From: Chiloscyllium plagiosum
Taxonomy: Eukaryota
Length of the DNA stretch: 64,000 nt
Direction of reading: 5' to 3'
Assembly: GCF_004010195.1 (NCBI RefSeq)
Contig: NC_057737.1
Span: 25,222,519-25,286,518 of the forward strand
The notes below the pieces were generated by a model, which saw only the letters and a list, made by a program, of their open reading frames with translations, searched no databases and was not told the origin of the DNA. Below, in pieces: positions 48,086-62,049 of this stretch. A program made the position numbers and the translations under genes. Position 1 is the stretch's first letter; every line of letters begins with the position of its first letter.

Positions 48086-49557
48086 AAAATGACAGTGAAT
48101 ATAGGCACAGTCGACCTAATGTCTCCTCAAAGGACAACCTGCCATTCCAGAAATCAATCTACTGAGCCTTCAGTGCTCCCTCTATAATAGGCATATCTTT
48201 TTTTAAGTAAGGAGATCAAAGCTGCACATAATGCTGTTGGTGTCCTCTCATCAAGGCCTGTAGAGCTGCAGCAAAACGTACTTTCTCTTGTACTCAAACC
48301 CTCCAGGCCGACATGTCATTTGCCTTCCTAACTGCCCACTGCACCTGTATGCTTGCATTCGGTGACCCAGGTCCCACTGTACATTGATCTTTCCTGATAT
48401 ATCAGTATTTCAATAATATCTTGCCATTTTGTTTTGTTGACCAAAACAGATTATGTCACACTTTATTCATGTTATACCTCATCTGCCATGTCTTTGCCTA
48501 TTGACTCAATTTGGCTAAATTACCCTGAAGCATCTTTGCATTCTCCTCACTACTTTCACTCCTTTCTAATTTTGTTTCACCAAGCTAGGAAATATTACAG
48601 TCTGGTTTCCTCATCCAAATCATTGAAATAGTGTAAATAACGGGCGTCTAAGCAGTAATCCTTGCACAACAGCGCTTATCACCACCTTTCACTCTAAAAG
48701 CAACCCATTTATTCCTACTCTGGTGCCTATCTGCTAACCATTCCTACTCCATATCATTATATTGTCACCAATCCCATAAGCTTTTACTTTGCACACTAAG
48801 CTTTTGCATGGGAATTTATCAGAAAGCCCAAATACATCATACCTACTGGTTCTCCCTCATCTATTTGATTTGTTGTACTGTCCAAAAAAAAACCCCAGCA
48901 GATTCATCAAACATGATTTCCCTTTCATAAATCCATAGTGACACTCTGAGAGATTATTGATTTTTGTTTTAAGCATCCTGTATTCCCAGCTGTTAAGAGA
49001 TTCTGTTTTTTTCTTTACTACTGATATTAGGCTAACTGGTCTATAATTTTCAGTTTTCTTCCTTTTTTTTAAAAATGCATTGGAGTTAGATTTGCCACCC
49101 TCCAATCTGCTAGTGTGTTCTCGAATCTACAGAATTTTGGAAGGTGGTGTATCCACTATTTCCATAGCTGCTATATTTAGGTTATCAGGCCTTGGAATTT
49201 ATCTGTTTTCAATGCCGATAATTTCTCCTTGTTTTTTATTGTTGTTAATTTACTTCAGTTACTCCTTCCCAAAAGACTCTGGATTCCCCCGCACTTCTGG
49301 GAAGCTTTTTTTTGTCATTTTCTGTCAAGACCAGACAAAAGTACTTGTTTAATTGCTCTGTCATTGTGTTGTTTTCCATTATCAGTTCTCCTCCTTCAGA
49401 TTTTAATGCATCTACATTTGTCTGCACTAATTTTTTTATACATACCTATGGAAACTCTTAATCACTTTTATGTTCCTTGCAAGTTCACTTTCATACTCAG
49501 TATTTCCCCTCTTAACCTGTGGTTCTTCGATGCTGAATTCTAAACTGTTCCCAGTCT

Positions 49558-49975
49558 TGTCAGGATCGGAGGGTTTGAGCCACAGGGAGAGATTGAATAG
49601 GCTGGGGTTATTTTACCTGGAGTGTTAAAAGCTGCAGAATGACCTTTATAGAGGTCTATAAAATGATGAAGGGTGTGGATAGGGTGAGTAGACAAGGTCT
49701 TTTCCCTTGGGTTTAAGATGAGAGGGGAAAGCTTTAAAAGGGACCTAAAGGGCAACTTCTTCATGCAGAGGGTGTTGTGTGTATGGAATGAACTGCCAGA
49801 TGAAGTGGTGGAGGGTGGTATAATTAGAATGTTTAAAAGGCATCTGGATGGATACATGAATAGGAAGAGTTGAGAGCCAAATGCTGGTAAATGGGACTAG
49901 ATTAATTTAGGTTATCTGATTGGCATGGACAAGTTGGACCGAACAGTCTAATTCCATCTTGTATTCCTCTCTGAC
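49558..49975 (+). mobile_element. CR1/HER1 3' fragment nested in older CR1
   Basis: Homologous to 1810-2260. Confidence 0.85.
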
Positions 49976-52900
49976 TCTTCAGGTTTGCTCTTTTTTGAGG
50001 AACTTTATATGACTCCTCTTGGCATCTAATGCTATCCTTAATTTCTGTTGTTAACAGTGGTCGGGCCACTTTCTCCTGTTGGTGTTCTTTTGCCTGAAAA
50101 ATGTCTGACTTCTGCAATTCAGGCTTTTCTCCTCAAATATTATCTATTGCCTTCCACTGCTATGTCTTTGAATGACAGTTGGGTATCGCAGCCAAGTCAC
50201 CTCTCATAACTTTGTAGTTTCTTTTGTTTAAATTTTGACCCTAATCTTCGACTGGATTATTTCGAATTCTTCATTGGGATAGAAAATTATCATATTATGG
50301 TCACTTCCTCCTTATCTCTCAGCAAGGTTGTTGGTTAACTATCTCTCATTGCACAAATGTAGAATAGCCTGCCATCCCTCAAGTTGGTTACTCAACAAAA
50401 AGGTCTTTAAAAATACTTATGTACACTCCAGGAATTCATTTGCCATGTGCTGACTGTTAATATTGTTTGCCTGGTCAGTTATTGAGGTTAAAATGATATA
50501 CAATTACTGTGGCACACTTCTTGCATGCATCTGATTTCATGTTTAATGCCATCTCTACCTCATCACTTTTATTTGGAGGCCTACTCCCACTAATGTTATT
50601 GGCCCTTGATTGCTTCTTAGCTCCATCTAAACTAACTCCATGGCTAGCTGTCTTGCACTATTTCTTCCTTTCTCACAATTGCCCTAATTTCCTCTTTCAT
50701 TTCAAAAGTAACCTCACCTTCTTTTCCTAAAAAATATCAGTACTTCCTAAAAATTGAATACCCTCGGATATTCAGTTCACAGGCTTCGTCACTCTACATA
50801 AGTTTGTACAGATTCCATCTTACCCAGATTCTGTCCCAATCACTCAAAAATCTAAATCCCTCCTCCTACACCATCCCTCCAGCTGTGCATTGACATCTAT
50901 TACCCTGAGTTTACTACCCATTGAGATTCTGCTTTTTAAATCACTTTCTACATTTGTGTATTGTGCTTGAAATCTCTGTTTTCATGGACCATAATCTCTG
51001 GCTGCTCTCTTCCCCCCCCCCCCCCCCCTGCCGACTGCAGTGTTTCCTGCAGCTGCTCTGTGACATATTTGACCTTGGTCCCAGGGAAGCAACAAACTAT
51101 CCTGGTATCACATCTGTGGCTGCAGAAGCATTTGCCTGTTCCCTTTTACGATAGAATCCCCTGTCACTGTTGCTCTTTCTCTTTTCTCCCTCCCCTTCCC
51201 TCTCATCAATCCCATTTGATGAGCTGCAGTATAAGTCTTGAATATTGTCTAAACTCTTTCCATTTGTGCAACTTTTCAACTTTTGGTCTCCTTTGAGACG
51301 TTTTTGTAAGCACACATTTGATTTTAAAAGTCTCCCAAACTCAAAAAATCTCCTCCCCCCACCATATTTTGAGCCTCCCCAATCTTGTGCTAATTCTTAT
51401 TATTGTTTGAACATGTTTGGCTTTTATATGTTTTAACTTTGCCACTAATTTGTATGCTGTATGAAGATTTAAGAATAGTAAGCATAACAACAGAGACTCC
51501 AGTTGATTGCAGTGCGTCTTTTTGACTGCCTGTCTTAGGGACCCCATTACTCGCGTTACTTTCTAAGGACTTTTACAATGGTTGACAATGGTTAGACAGT
51601 TATCATTTTAATTTGTTTTTGCATTCAGACTTTGTACCAGGTTCCCCAGGAACATTACTAGTTCAGCAACAATACCCCTGTGGTAAAATTAGCTATTTTG
51701 TTTGTGTTGCATGCTAATTTGTGTTCTGGACACATTATTATAACCATGCCAATTTATTTCACCTCACATTATTAACACAACCCTGTAACATAATTTGAAT
51801 TAAAATTGTACTTCAGGTGATCATAATGTTTAAACGTCTTGTTTCTAGCGGTCACCTCGATGTGAATTATATGGCACCTACTTGACTAAATGGGAATTTC
51901 TTTCCTGGTCTTAAAAAATATGAAAGATAAGGTGATAGATCTCTTCTCCGAATGGTTGCTACTTAAGTCAATGCATTGTTTCCTCCTTCCTTCTTTTCTA
52001 TGTACAGAATAGTTCGCAGCTCAATAACACTGATTATGCACATTCTGCACAATGCCAAAGCTACTAGCATTATTGTTCAACTCTTTAATCTGTAGTGGTG
52101 GATATTGGTAGACCTGTTGTAACGGCAACCATTGTGTGATTGTGCTGTCAAAAGTTGTGAACTGAAAGATGATACATTACGTTAAATAATTACAGTTAAG
52201 AAGGGCCATCATTGTTTCTGCTGTATCTTTGATCTATCCACTCAAGTCTTAAATTCCAGTCCTTTCTCTATACAGTCATTTTACATCTTATTTTTCAAAT
52301 AGTTATCCATTCATTTTTATGAATAATAGATTATCCCTCCACCACTATTTCTGATGTGGCATTCCATGATAAAATAGCCATCTGTATGTATTTTTTTAAT
52401 CCCCCAAGTTTTCTTGCCTTTTAGTTATGAGCTTGTATTTTGCTCTGAGATGTGACAATTGGAAATAGATGTTTCCTATTTATCATGTCATTAACTTCAG
52501 CATAAGGCCATTTACTAGCAAATAGTTCAAGGAGAAATTAACTTTGCACATTTGCCTGAAAATGGTATACTTGTGAACACCTTCTGGATTTAAAACAAAA
52601 GCAACTCTTGTTGATCTGCAAATTAATTAATTTCAACTTCCTCACTTATTGTAAACATAGTATTCCAAAGAAAGTATTTTAGTTGGTCTCTATTACTTTT
52701 GAGAATTTAATGTTGGTCAGTTTTTGGTTGTAAAACAGAATAGCTGCTGCTTGTTGGATTAATCTGTCTTGTTAATACTTTTAAGGTAGATTTGTTCCAT
52801 ATGATTGAAGGTTTTAGATCCATTTTGGATTTATTCTGTTCATGCTCTGTTTGAAGACAAAATGTAAAGTTGTAAAACATTAGTATTTCATTGGGGAAAT

Positions 52901-52993
52901 AGCTGAAAACAGGTGAGTAAACAAAGTAAAATTATAATTATTTGTTTATGTAGTAGAAATTGAAACAATTGAAAATTGATCAATTAATTCAAA

Positions 52994-53461
52994 GTTTGTG
53001 AGACTACAAACTAATGTAGTGTACAAAATCCCATGCAAGGACTGCACAAAACACTATATAGGACAAACAGGAAGACAGCTAACGATCCGCATCCACGAAC
53101 GACACGACCAGCTATCCCTAGTAGCCACACACGCAGACGACAAGCAACATGAATTTGACTGGGACAACACTACCATTATAGGGCAAGCCAAACAAAGAAC
53201 AGCCAGGATATTCCTAGAAGCATGGCACTCATCCACAAACTCCATCAACAACCACATTGACCTGGACCCAATATACCGGCCACTACAGCAGACAGCTGAA
53301 ACTGACAACCGGAAGCGGCAGGGACAGGCCACTATAAATGCCGGAGGAAACACCACAGAAACGCTTCACAGGAGGCTTCCAAGCACTGAGGATGTCACCT
53401 AGAAAGAGGACGAAGCGTTTGCAACAAAAACTTCCAGCTCAGCGAACAGAACCATAGCAGC
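52994..53461 (+). mobile_element. Penelope-like element, 5'-truncated: GIY-YIG endonuclease remnant plus 3' pseudo-LTR with hammerhead motif
   Basis: ORF 52998-53402 contains NVVYKIPCKDCTKHYIGQTGRQLTIRIHE...LEAWHS (GIY-YIG with CxxC). Flanked by 16-bp direct repeat gatcaattaattYaaa (52978-93, 53462-77). Confidence 0.93.
53383..53422 (+). ncRNA. Minimal hammerhead ribozyme motif (probably inactivated, GAAA>GAAG)
   Basis: GCA-CTGAGGA-tgtcacctagaaagaggac-GAAG-CGTT-TGC, with stem I GCA/TGC, at the 3' end of the Penelope element. Confidence 0.65.
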
Positions 53462-54109
53462 GATCAATTAATTTAAATTCGCTTGTGACAGAATCCATGC
53501 TGAGCGATCTTAAGGATTGGTCACTGCAAGGTGACAGAGTCATAGAGGTGTACAGAATGGAAACAGATCCTTCAGTCTATAACATGCTTATTTTAGTTTA
53601 GTGTATTTATAACAGATTAAGGTTTTTACTAATGGAGTCCATGTATGTTGGAAGGTCATGTGTTTAAATTGTGCATAATAATTATGATTTCAATCAATTC
53701 AAAATTAATTGACATATGGTTGGGTTGCCCAGTTCGTCACTGGCACAATATATCCTAGGAGTATGTTAGAAATTTGCAGCTGACGATGGATTTCCCTGAA
53801 TCCTATATATCAAACTAGGTGTTTCCCACTAACTACTGCCTTTATCATGCCCTAATTCAATATTTGCAGCATAGGGAGCTCCTCAACTTTGGATTTCGTA
53901 CATGTAAATAATTATATATTGCATTGGGTCTCCCTGTTTAAATTAATAAGTATTTAAATTGGCAAGAATATTTGGGTATGTTAACCTTATTAAGATTGTT
54001 CACGTCATGAAATGTGCGCATTTGCAGTTGCTTGCCTTTCTTTATATTATCATATTTAATTGTCTCTACTGGTTTCTCATGAGACCATGCCAAGCCAAGA
54101 GGGAAGTAG

Positions 54110-54390
54110 ATAGGGACCGAGTTTCCCATTAGGCGATGGGTCACTAACTAGAGGGTCGCATTTTTAGGGTTTCGAAGAGATATAGGAAAATGTTTTTCCA
54201 CCTAGAGGGTGCTGGGTATCTGGAACTCACTGCCTAAAAGGATGATAAAAGTGAGAGTCCTCAAGACATTTTAAGTATTTTGAAATGCAAGAGTATGCAA
54301 GGCTATGAGCCAATTGCTGGAAAATGGGATTAACGGAAACAGATACTTGATGACCAGCTGTTTATCATGCTGTGAAAGTTCAATGACTCT
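54110..54390 (+). mobile_element. Old CR1 3' fragment
   Basis: tggaactcactgcct...ggctatgagccaattgctggaaaatgggatt. Confidence 0.65.
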
Positions 54391-57164
54391 TCCTGCCAAG
54401 TTTTTTTAGTGTGTTCTACTACTGGAAACAATGGAGGGATGCGTTTGCATTGTTTATTGATGAGTATTGCAGGATTAATTGCTAATCTGTATTGATTTCA
54501 CATTAATGCAATAGGTTATTATGTAACTTTAAATATACTGACGTTTCCTCAGGCTGAAGCAAAGACAACAAAGTCTTCAAATTTCTAGCTGTAGCTCCTG
54601 CTGGAAGGTTTGTGCATAGATAATGACCAGACAGGGGGCTGGTTAATTAGTAGTGAGTTTTCATGTGAAAATCAGTACATTTTATTTGGTTTTATAAGAT
54701 AGTACATAGCTTTTCTTATTGCCATTTTGGTGGAAAAGTGCAGCATGAATTCAGGATTCTATTTCAACTTTTTGGCTGTATTTTCTGTTCTGTTTTGTGG
54801 TAATATTTTGTAAAATGTAAAATAGAGTGTATAATTGTGTCACTCAGAATTTGAATAGATATTACTTTATCTACTACGTTTGTTCACTTCAGTTCAAGAA
54901 GGATTTGGAAAGTAGGAACCAGATTAGAAAAGAACTGACATCAGATAATGACTACGTAACAGGAATTTTGTGGGTTGCCAGCTGTAATCGCATTCATTGG
55001 ATACTTTAAGTTCCTCTTTGGTATGGTTTCTGCTGGGGTTTCCCCACCAGCTTATGAGACCATATAGGTCACTATAGTCAGATTTAAAGGGAGTGGTTTC
55101 TTTACAGTGTGCATATGCAATAGGGTTTTTTAATGTAAATACGTATTGGTATTCTGTTGGTTGGACTGATTCCTTTCTCTCTGCCATACCATCCGAAGTC
55201 AGTACGTCGCTAAAGCCAAGTTGTTTAGACAGTGTATTCACAGTGAGTCTGTGGCACATAGTAATACTAAGACCATGTGCTTGATGTAAAAACTTTCCCT
55301 TTATATCAGAAAATACCCAAGGATTATATGAAGAATGGTAACTACAGCACATGTGGTGAGTGTTATTTGATTAACAAAGAAAATGTTCATGGTATTACAC
55401 AAGTTTGTATTGTGCTTTGAGAATTAAACTTCCTATCATGTGTGCACAGATACTTTTTTCTTGCTGTGAAGCAGCTACAGAGATTATCCCATGTTACAGC
55501 TGCAAACTAATTGCAAGTTTTTGTTGAAGTGGTGCAGCCACAATATTTTGAGTTGAACTGGTTCAATGATGCCACAAATCTATGTTTGCATGTGCTAGAA
55601 ATGTGTAACTTGATTTTTGTAAGGAGTTCTTACCAGTATTGCCTCATGTAATATTTTTTGACAATTTTCTGTCAGTAAGCTGTTCTTTGTCCAAAAATCT
55701 CACAAATGAAAATTTAGGATAATGGATTATGGGTGAACATTGTTTGAGTCATTGGCTTGTGAGCTGAATCTCATCATTTATCCTTGATTGCTTCAAACCA
55801 ACATAAGCTACCATGTTGATAGGGACAGTGTTGTTTAGTTAAATTAAGATAATACTAAGGCAAAAGTAAGTTACCAGACCAGATAATCTGCAACCTTTCA
55901 CTGAAGCTTGTGCGCATTCCAAAACAGATGTTTTAAGGGTGCAAGCAAGCCTATCTTTGAGATTTTCTCAAGAAACATTAACCCCCCCCCCACCCCATGT
56001 GAAATGTTTGATCAACCTAGTTTTAGATGGAGAATTATAGCCTTTTTTGCCAGAAAAAAACAGACAGTGCAGACAACATTCTGACTCGAGGATCCTCTGT
56101 TTATGCCAAGACACCTATTGCATGTACATCTGAATAAGATGCAAGTTGCTATGCAAATCTACCTGCTCACATTGGTGTCTTTAATACTGGCATTGATTAA
56201 CAGCTTTAAGGATCTTTCAGGGTTCATTTGGAACCATTTTAAGTTCCTAATTTAATGTTAACTATACTGTTTGAAGTACTATATTTGGACATAGGATCTT
56301 ATTGATGAATCTGTACTCTCACTCATCCACACATGCTCAAGAGGCCTATTTCACCATCTTCAGCGCAATCTTTCAAAGGACTCTCACATGTGCATAAAGA
56401 TGAGTCCATGATCTCCCTTGGCATTCTCAGCCTTGTTGTCTGATCTGCCTGCTGCCTCAAAACCTCATCCTACAAACTATCTGTTGCTTTAGAGTTTCAA
56501 CCACTGACCAGCCCAGCAGGCATCCTCTCCCTTCCAGTGTCCAACCATCCACTGGATGGTCAGGTCATTAGTACAGCTTGCTGCTGTGCCAAACTGAAGC
56601 CAGTTCTCTTCCACCAGTGAGTCCAATCATGGGAAAAAGGAGAGAATTACTTATAATTGGAAGAGAATCCCCATTCAGTATCTGGGATACCAATCTGTAC
56701 TTGGAGCACTGGTTGTGTGACAGATAGAACCACTTAATGGGCCATATTCACACCCATGGGCTGCTTGTTGGACAGAACTGGTGTAAAATATTTTAGTCAT
56801 CTACATTTTTGTAATATGACTAGATGTCTCATAGTTAGGTCACGTAAAATGTTATGCCAAAGCATACTAAACTTCCTTCAAGAAACAACAAACTGTTTTA
56901 AATTGTTAGAAATACGATGCTTGTCTAAATTTCATCAAGAAAATCATAAACTTACTATTCTTTGTCAATCCTTATTTGAACTACCATCTTGGTGTAAAGG
57001 AGCAGAATTGTCATGTTAATTGTTTTTGAGGGAAGTTTCAAATGATATCAACTATTTGCTATTACAGCAAAAATAAATGGAAGAAAACAAAGATGGTAAA
57101 GGTAAACAATTCATTTTTTGTTGAGATCTGTTAGATTTATGTCCTATTCCAGAATACCAGTTGG

Positions 57165-60022
57165 TTTTTGAATGGCTGAGAAGCTGGTGCAGGGGCAAGA
57201 ATTCACATTTTTGGATCATTGGGATCTCTTCAAGTTCCACCTGAATTGGAAGGGAACCAATATTCTTGCGGGGAGATTTGCTAGTTTCACCCAGGAAGCT
57301 TTAAATGAAAACGTGGGGAGAGAAGATGCTGAGGCTGGTACAGTAGATAAGGCAGAGAATGAGATAAGACTGATAAATTAAACTGCATTTAATTCAGTGT
57401 GACAGGCCTGACAGGTAAGGCAGATGAACATAGGGCACGGTTGGGAACATGAGACTTGGCTGTCAGTGCCATTACAGAAACATGGCTCTGGGATGGACAG
57501 GACTGGCAGATTGATGTTCTGGATATTGATGCTATGTGAAGAAGAGGAAGGTAAGGGGGGAGGTGGAGTGGCGTTTTTGGTTAAGAGCATTATGGTTGTA
57601 CTTAGGGAGGATATTCCTGGAGATCATCCAGTGAAGTTATATGGGTGGCAGTGAAAATAAGGAAGGGAAAATCACCATGTTAGGATTGTATTATAGCCCC
57701 CCAATAGTCAGTGGGAAATTGAGAAGCAACTATTTAAGGAGATCTCAGATATCTGCATGAGTAATAGAGTTGTAATGGTGGGGGATTTTAACTTTCCAAA
57801 TATAGACGGAGACTCTCATAGTGTTAAGGTCTTGGATGGGGAGGAATTTATTAAGTGAGTACAAGAACATTTCCTTATTCGGTATGTGGATGTACCTATG
57901 AGAGAAGAAGCAACACAAACTTCTCTTGGGAAATAAGTCTAGGCAAGTTACAGAGATGTCAGTGGGGGAGCACTTTGGAGCAAGTGATCATAATTCTATT
58001 ATTTCTAAAGTAGTTATGGAAGAGGATAGAACTGATCAAAATGTTTAAGTTCTAAATTGGAGTAAGGCCAATTTTGACAGCATTAGACAGGAACGTTCAA
58101 AGGTTGATTGGGAGAGGCTTATTCACAGGTATAGGGACATAGGAGGCCTTTAAAAACGAGATAATCAGAGCTCAGAGACAGTATGTTCCAATTGATGTGA
58201 AGGACAAAGCTGGTAGCTAGGTATAGGGAATACTGGGTGACTAGAGAAATTGAGGTTCTGGTCAAGAAAAAGGAGGTGGCATATATTAGGTATAAACAGC
58301 TGGGATTGAGTGAATCCCTGGAGTACTGTCAGTGCAGTTGGAGTATACTTGAAGGCGTTCAGGAGGGCAGAAAAAGGACATCGCTTTGGCAAATAGGGTT
58401 AAGGAGAATCCAAAGTAATTCTGGAAGTACCTTAAGGGCAAAAGAGTAAGTAGGGAGAGAATAGGGCCCCTTAAAGATCCATGTGGCCGTCTACATGTGG
58501 AACAGGAGATGGTTGAGATACTAATCAAATGTTTCACGTCAGTATTTACTGTGAAGGAGGTCATGGAAGCCAGTGTACTTGGGAAATAAGTAGTGATGTC
58601 ATGACAAGAGTTAATACTACAGAAGAGTCGTACTGCTGAAGGTCTTAAAACATACAAAGGTAGATAAATCCCCTAAACCTGATCAGTTGTTTCCCAGAAC
58701 CTTATGGGAAGCGAGGGATGAGATTGCTGGGTCCCTGACTGAGATGTTTGTATAATTGACAGCCATGGGTGAGGTGCTGAAAGACTGGAGATTGGTTAAT
58801 GTGGTGCCACTGTTAAAGAGAGGTGGTAAGGAAAAGCCAGGGATCTATAGACCGGTGATTCAGAAGTCAGTAATGGGTAAGTTAATGGAGGAGATTCTGA
58901 AGGACAAAATCTATATGCGTTTGGAAAGGCAATGATTAGGGATAGCATAGCTTTGCATGGGAAATTGTGTCTCACTAACTTTCTTGAGTTTTTTGAAGAG
59001 GTGATAAAGAAGGTTGATGAAGGTAGAGTGGTAACCATTGTCTGTATGGATTTCAGCAAGTATTCATCAAGATTCGACATGATACCTGATTAGTAAATAT
59101 AGATCACGTGGTATCTAGGGAGAACTAGCTGATTGCTTACAGAATTGGCTCAAAGGTAGGAGACGGTGTTGATGGCGGGTTGCTTCTCAGACTGGAGGCC
59201 AGTGATCCGTGGTGTGCCACAAGGATCGCTGCTGGGTCCATTGCTTTTTGTAATTCATATAAATGATTTGGATGTGAATATGGTTACCAAGTTTGCAACT
59301 CATACCAAAAAAGACTGGACAGTGAAGATGACGACCTCTGAGCACAACGGAACTTTGATCAGATGGGCCAAGGAGTGCAGAATGAGTTTAATTTAGATAA
59401 ATGAGAGATATTGTATTTTAAGGCAAACCAGGGCAGGACTTAGGCAGTTCGTGGTAGGGTCCTCACGAGTATTGTCGGACAAAGAGATCTAGGGGTGCAG
59501 GTGCATAGTTCCTTGAAAGGGGAGTCGCTGGTGACACGCTTGCCTTCATTGGTAAAAACATTGAGTACAAGAGTTGGGATGTTATTTTGCAATTGGACAG
59601 AACTTTGATGAGGCCACTTGAAGAATACTACCCACAATTCTGGTTGCACTTCTGTAGGAAGAATGTTGCACTTGAGAGGGTGCAGAAAAGATTTACAATG
59701 ATGTTGCTGTGACTGGAAGGTTTGAGTTATAGGAGAGGCTGAGGCTTTTATCTCTGGAGTGTGAGAGACTGAGAGGTGACCTTATGGAGGTTTATAAACT
59801 CATGAGGTAGAGAATGTTGTGTATGTGGAACAAGCTGCCACAAAGTGGTGGAGGTGGGAGCAATTACAACATTTAAAAGGAATCTGGATAGATATATGAA
59901 TAGGTGGGGTTTCGATGGATATGGGCCAAATGCTGGCAAATGGAACGAGGTCAGATTGGGATATCTGGTTAGCTTAGACAAGTTGGAACATTGGGTCTGT
60001 TTCCGTGTTGTATGACTCTATT
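57165..60022 (+). mobile_element. CR1/HER1 LINE, ~2.9 kb decayed copy (ORF1 end, APE endonuclease, RT, 3' UTR) with internal deletions
   Basis: FLDHWDLF..HLNWKGTNILAGRF (ORF1 esterase end), [34 protein letters not shown], 3' tail tatgactcta. Confidence 0.95.
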
Positions 60023-60175
60023 TATGTTGATCATTCCAAGCATATGTCACCCAAACAAACAAACACAGTTTGTCTTTTTCTAGGACAGTAAGTAAATAGG
60101 TTCAAAGCCTGTCATCTACATGACTGAGCATCATTAGTCTGCAATTAATTTTTCTTTGCTGCAAAAAGTGATATG

Positions 60176-60211
60176 CTGTCAAATCTTTTCTTTGTACACT
60201 CATCAGGACAG
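60176..60211 (-). ncRNA. Decayed minimal hammerhead motif, further family
   Basis: - strand CTGTC-CTGATGA-gtgtacaaa-GAAA-agattt-GACAG with perfect 5-bp stem I; stem II is degenerate. Confidence 0.55.
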
Positions 60212-62049
60212 ATGTAAGAATACCAAGATGTAGAGGGAATAACGATTTATACTCCATCAAAAACTGTGCGCTGATCAGTTGCCAAGTGGACTTTGATCAA
60301 GGCATTGCCATGGAGAATACACCAGAGAAAAGTTAACTCAAGGCTTTTGAATTCAAAAAAAGGCCTTTACCATTAGCTTGAACAAACATTTTCACATCTC
60401 AAGTATTGGCATGCATCCTTAAGAAATTTGAGGACATAACATTTCATTTAATTTTTTTTTAAGAAGTCTTAATTTCCTATTTAAAAGTTATCATTCAGTT
60501 GCTTCTACCACTCTTTTTCGGTAACAAATGTCAGACCACAGCTCAATAAGAAATATTTCTTCTCATTTCCACTGTTACATTGCAGACTGTTTTCTTGTAA
60601 CTATAAATATTGACTGCCTTTCTTATTTTGTTATCAGAGTTCATCAAGAATGAGAAACATTTCAGTGCCCAATAACTTGATTTCACTTTTTTAACAAGTG
60701 AAATTAGAGAAGTATAGAAAATGTAAGTGTCAGAGCTGTATTGGAGTTATGTGCACTTATTTATATTTTTTTTGTTGTCAATTATGGGATTTCCCTGAAG
60801 ATATTCTGGGGAAATTCAATGTTTTCTATTTTGTCAAGGGAATTTTGTTCTGCCTGTTGATGATCCTTGAGAAATATTTCTCAGGCCAAGTTGAATTTGT
60901 CATTTCATTTTGTTTTGTTAAGTATCACTGTATTATGTATTCTGAGAGTGGAAATATCAGCATACGTTAAAAATAGTGTTTTCTTATTTTTATCTTACAT
61001 AATTAAAATAAATGAGTAATCTCAAGACTGCAAATTTTATTGCCTTTTCATTTGCAGAATTACATAATTTAAATATTGCATCACCTAGGATTAAGCTACT
61101 GTTCCAGACTGAATCTTCAACAATCCTTTTGTATTTAATCAGACAGAAAATGTATATCACTTCAGAGAACAGTTGGCGAGCAACCAATAATAGAAAGCAA
61201 TCAGTTTGATAACCTGCCAATGTGAATAATGTTTTAAAATAAAATTAATGCCAGGATTGTTGTACTCCATCTCTGACACTTGTTTTGTTCTAAAATGAGT
61301 AATTACCCCCTCCATCCCCTTCCGCCACATAAACCCCCAGTTCCAATTTCCAACTAAGATAAGGTGATTGTTGCACTCCCTTGACTAAGCAAGCATTAAG
61401 GACTCCATACACACAAACCTCTCTCCAAAAACACTTGTTCTATCCCTCAACCTCTAAATCTGCTTGGCCAGAATGCAGGTTTCTGCATTGATTTCCTGCA
61501 TCCAATGTGAGTTAGGTTACAGAAACACTTAAAGGCATGCATTAGTTAATGGTATTTGCTTTTTAGTGATACTGAAATTATTTTTGCCATTTCACATTAC
61601 TTATTGTTCATACTTTTCAAATCTAACCATTTAAAAAGCATTATTGTACATTAATCAGTTTAAATGTTCACTTCAACTTTTGGCCCCATTGACATCTATT
61701 TTCAGAATAAAGTCAGAACTTTAGCTGAAATTATTTTATTGTATTGCAGACTCCTATGTGATAAAGCTTAACTCTAATATCTAAAAGTATGGTTGAAAGA
61801 CACAAAACACAGTGGTCATGTCTTCATGTGGAACAGAAGGGATATATGGAAATCTGGAACTTGTTTTTCCAAGGCTATTTTGACTCAAGATGTCTTCTAA
61901 ATACAGTGACTTTCTCAATCCCTAGTTGGCTCATTTAGTGGAAGTGCCTCAAGGGAGTGTTAGTGAATATTTCTGGCCTGCAACCCCTGTCCTTGGAATG
62001 TAAAATTAAGAGCTTTAAGCTCATACTTGTGCTGCTTCTCATCTGGAGC

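Larger units (their letters stand above)
47410..51560 (-). mobile_element. Old fragmented CR1 element(s) with nested SINE and CR1
   Basis: Remnant frames ENYRPVSLISVV, YGFMKGKSCLMNLL, EQLNKYFCLV. Confidence 0.75.
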
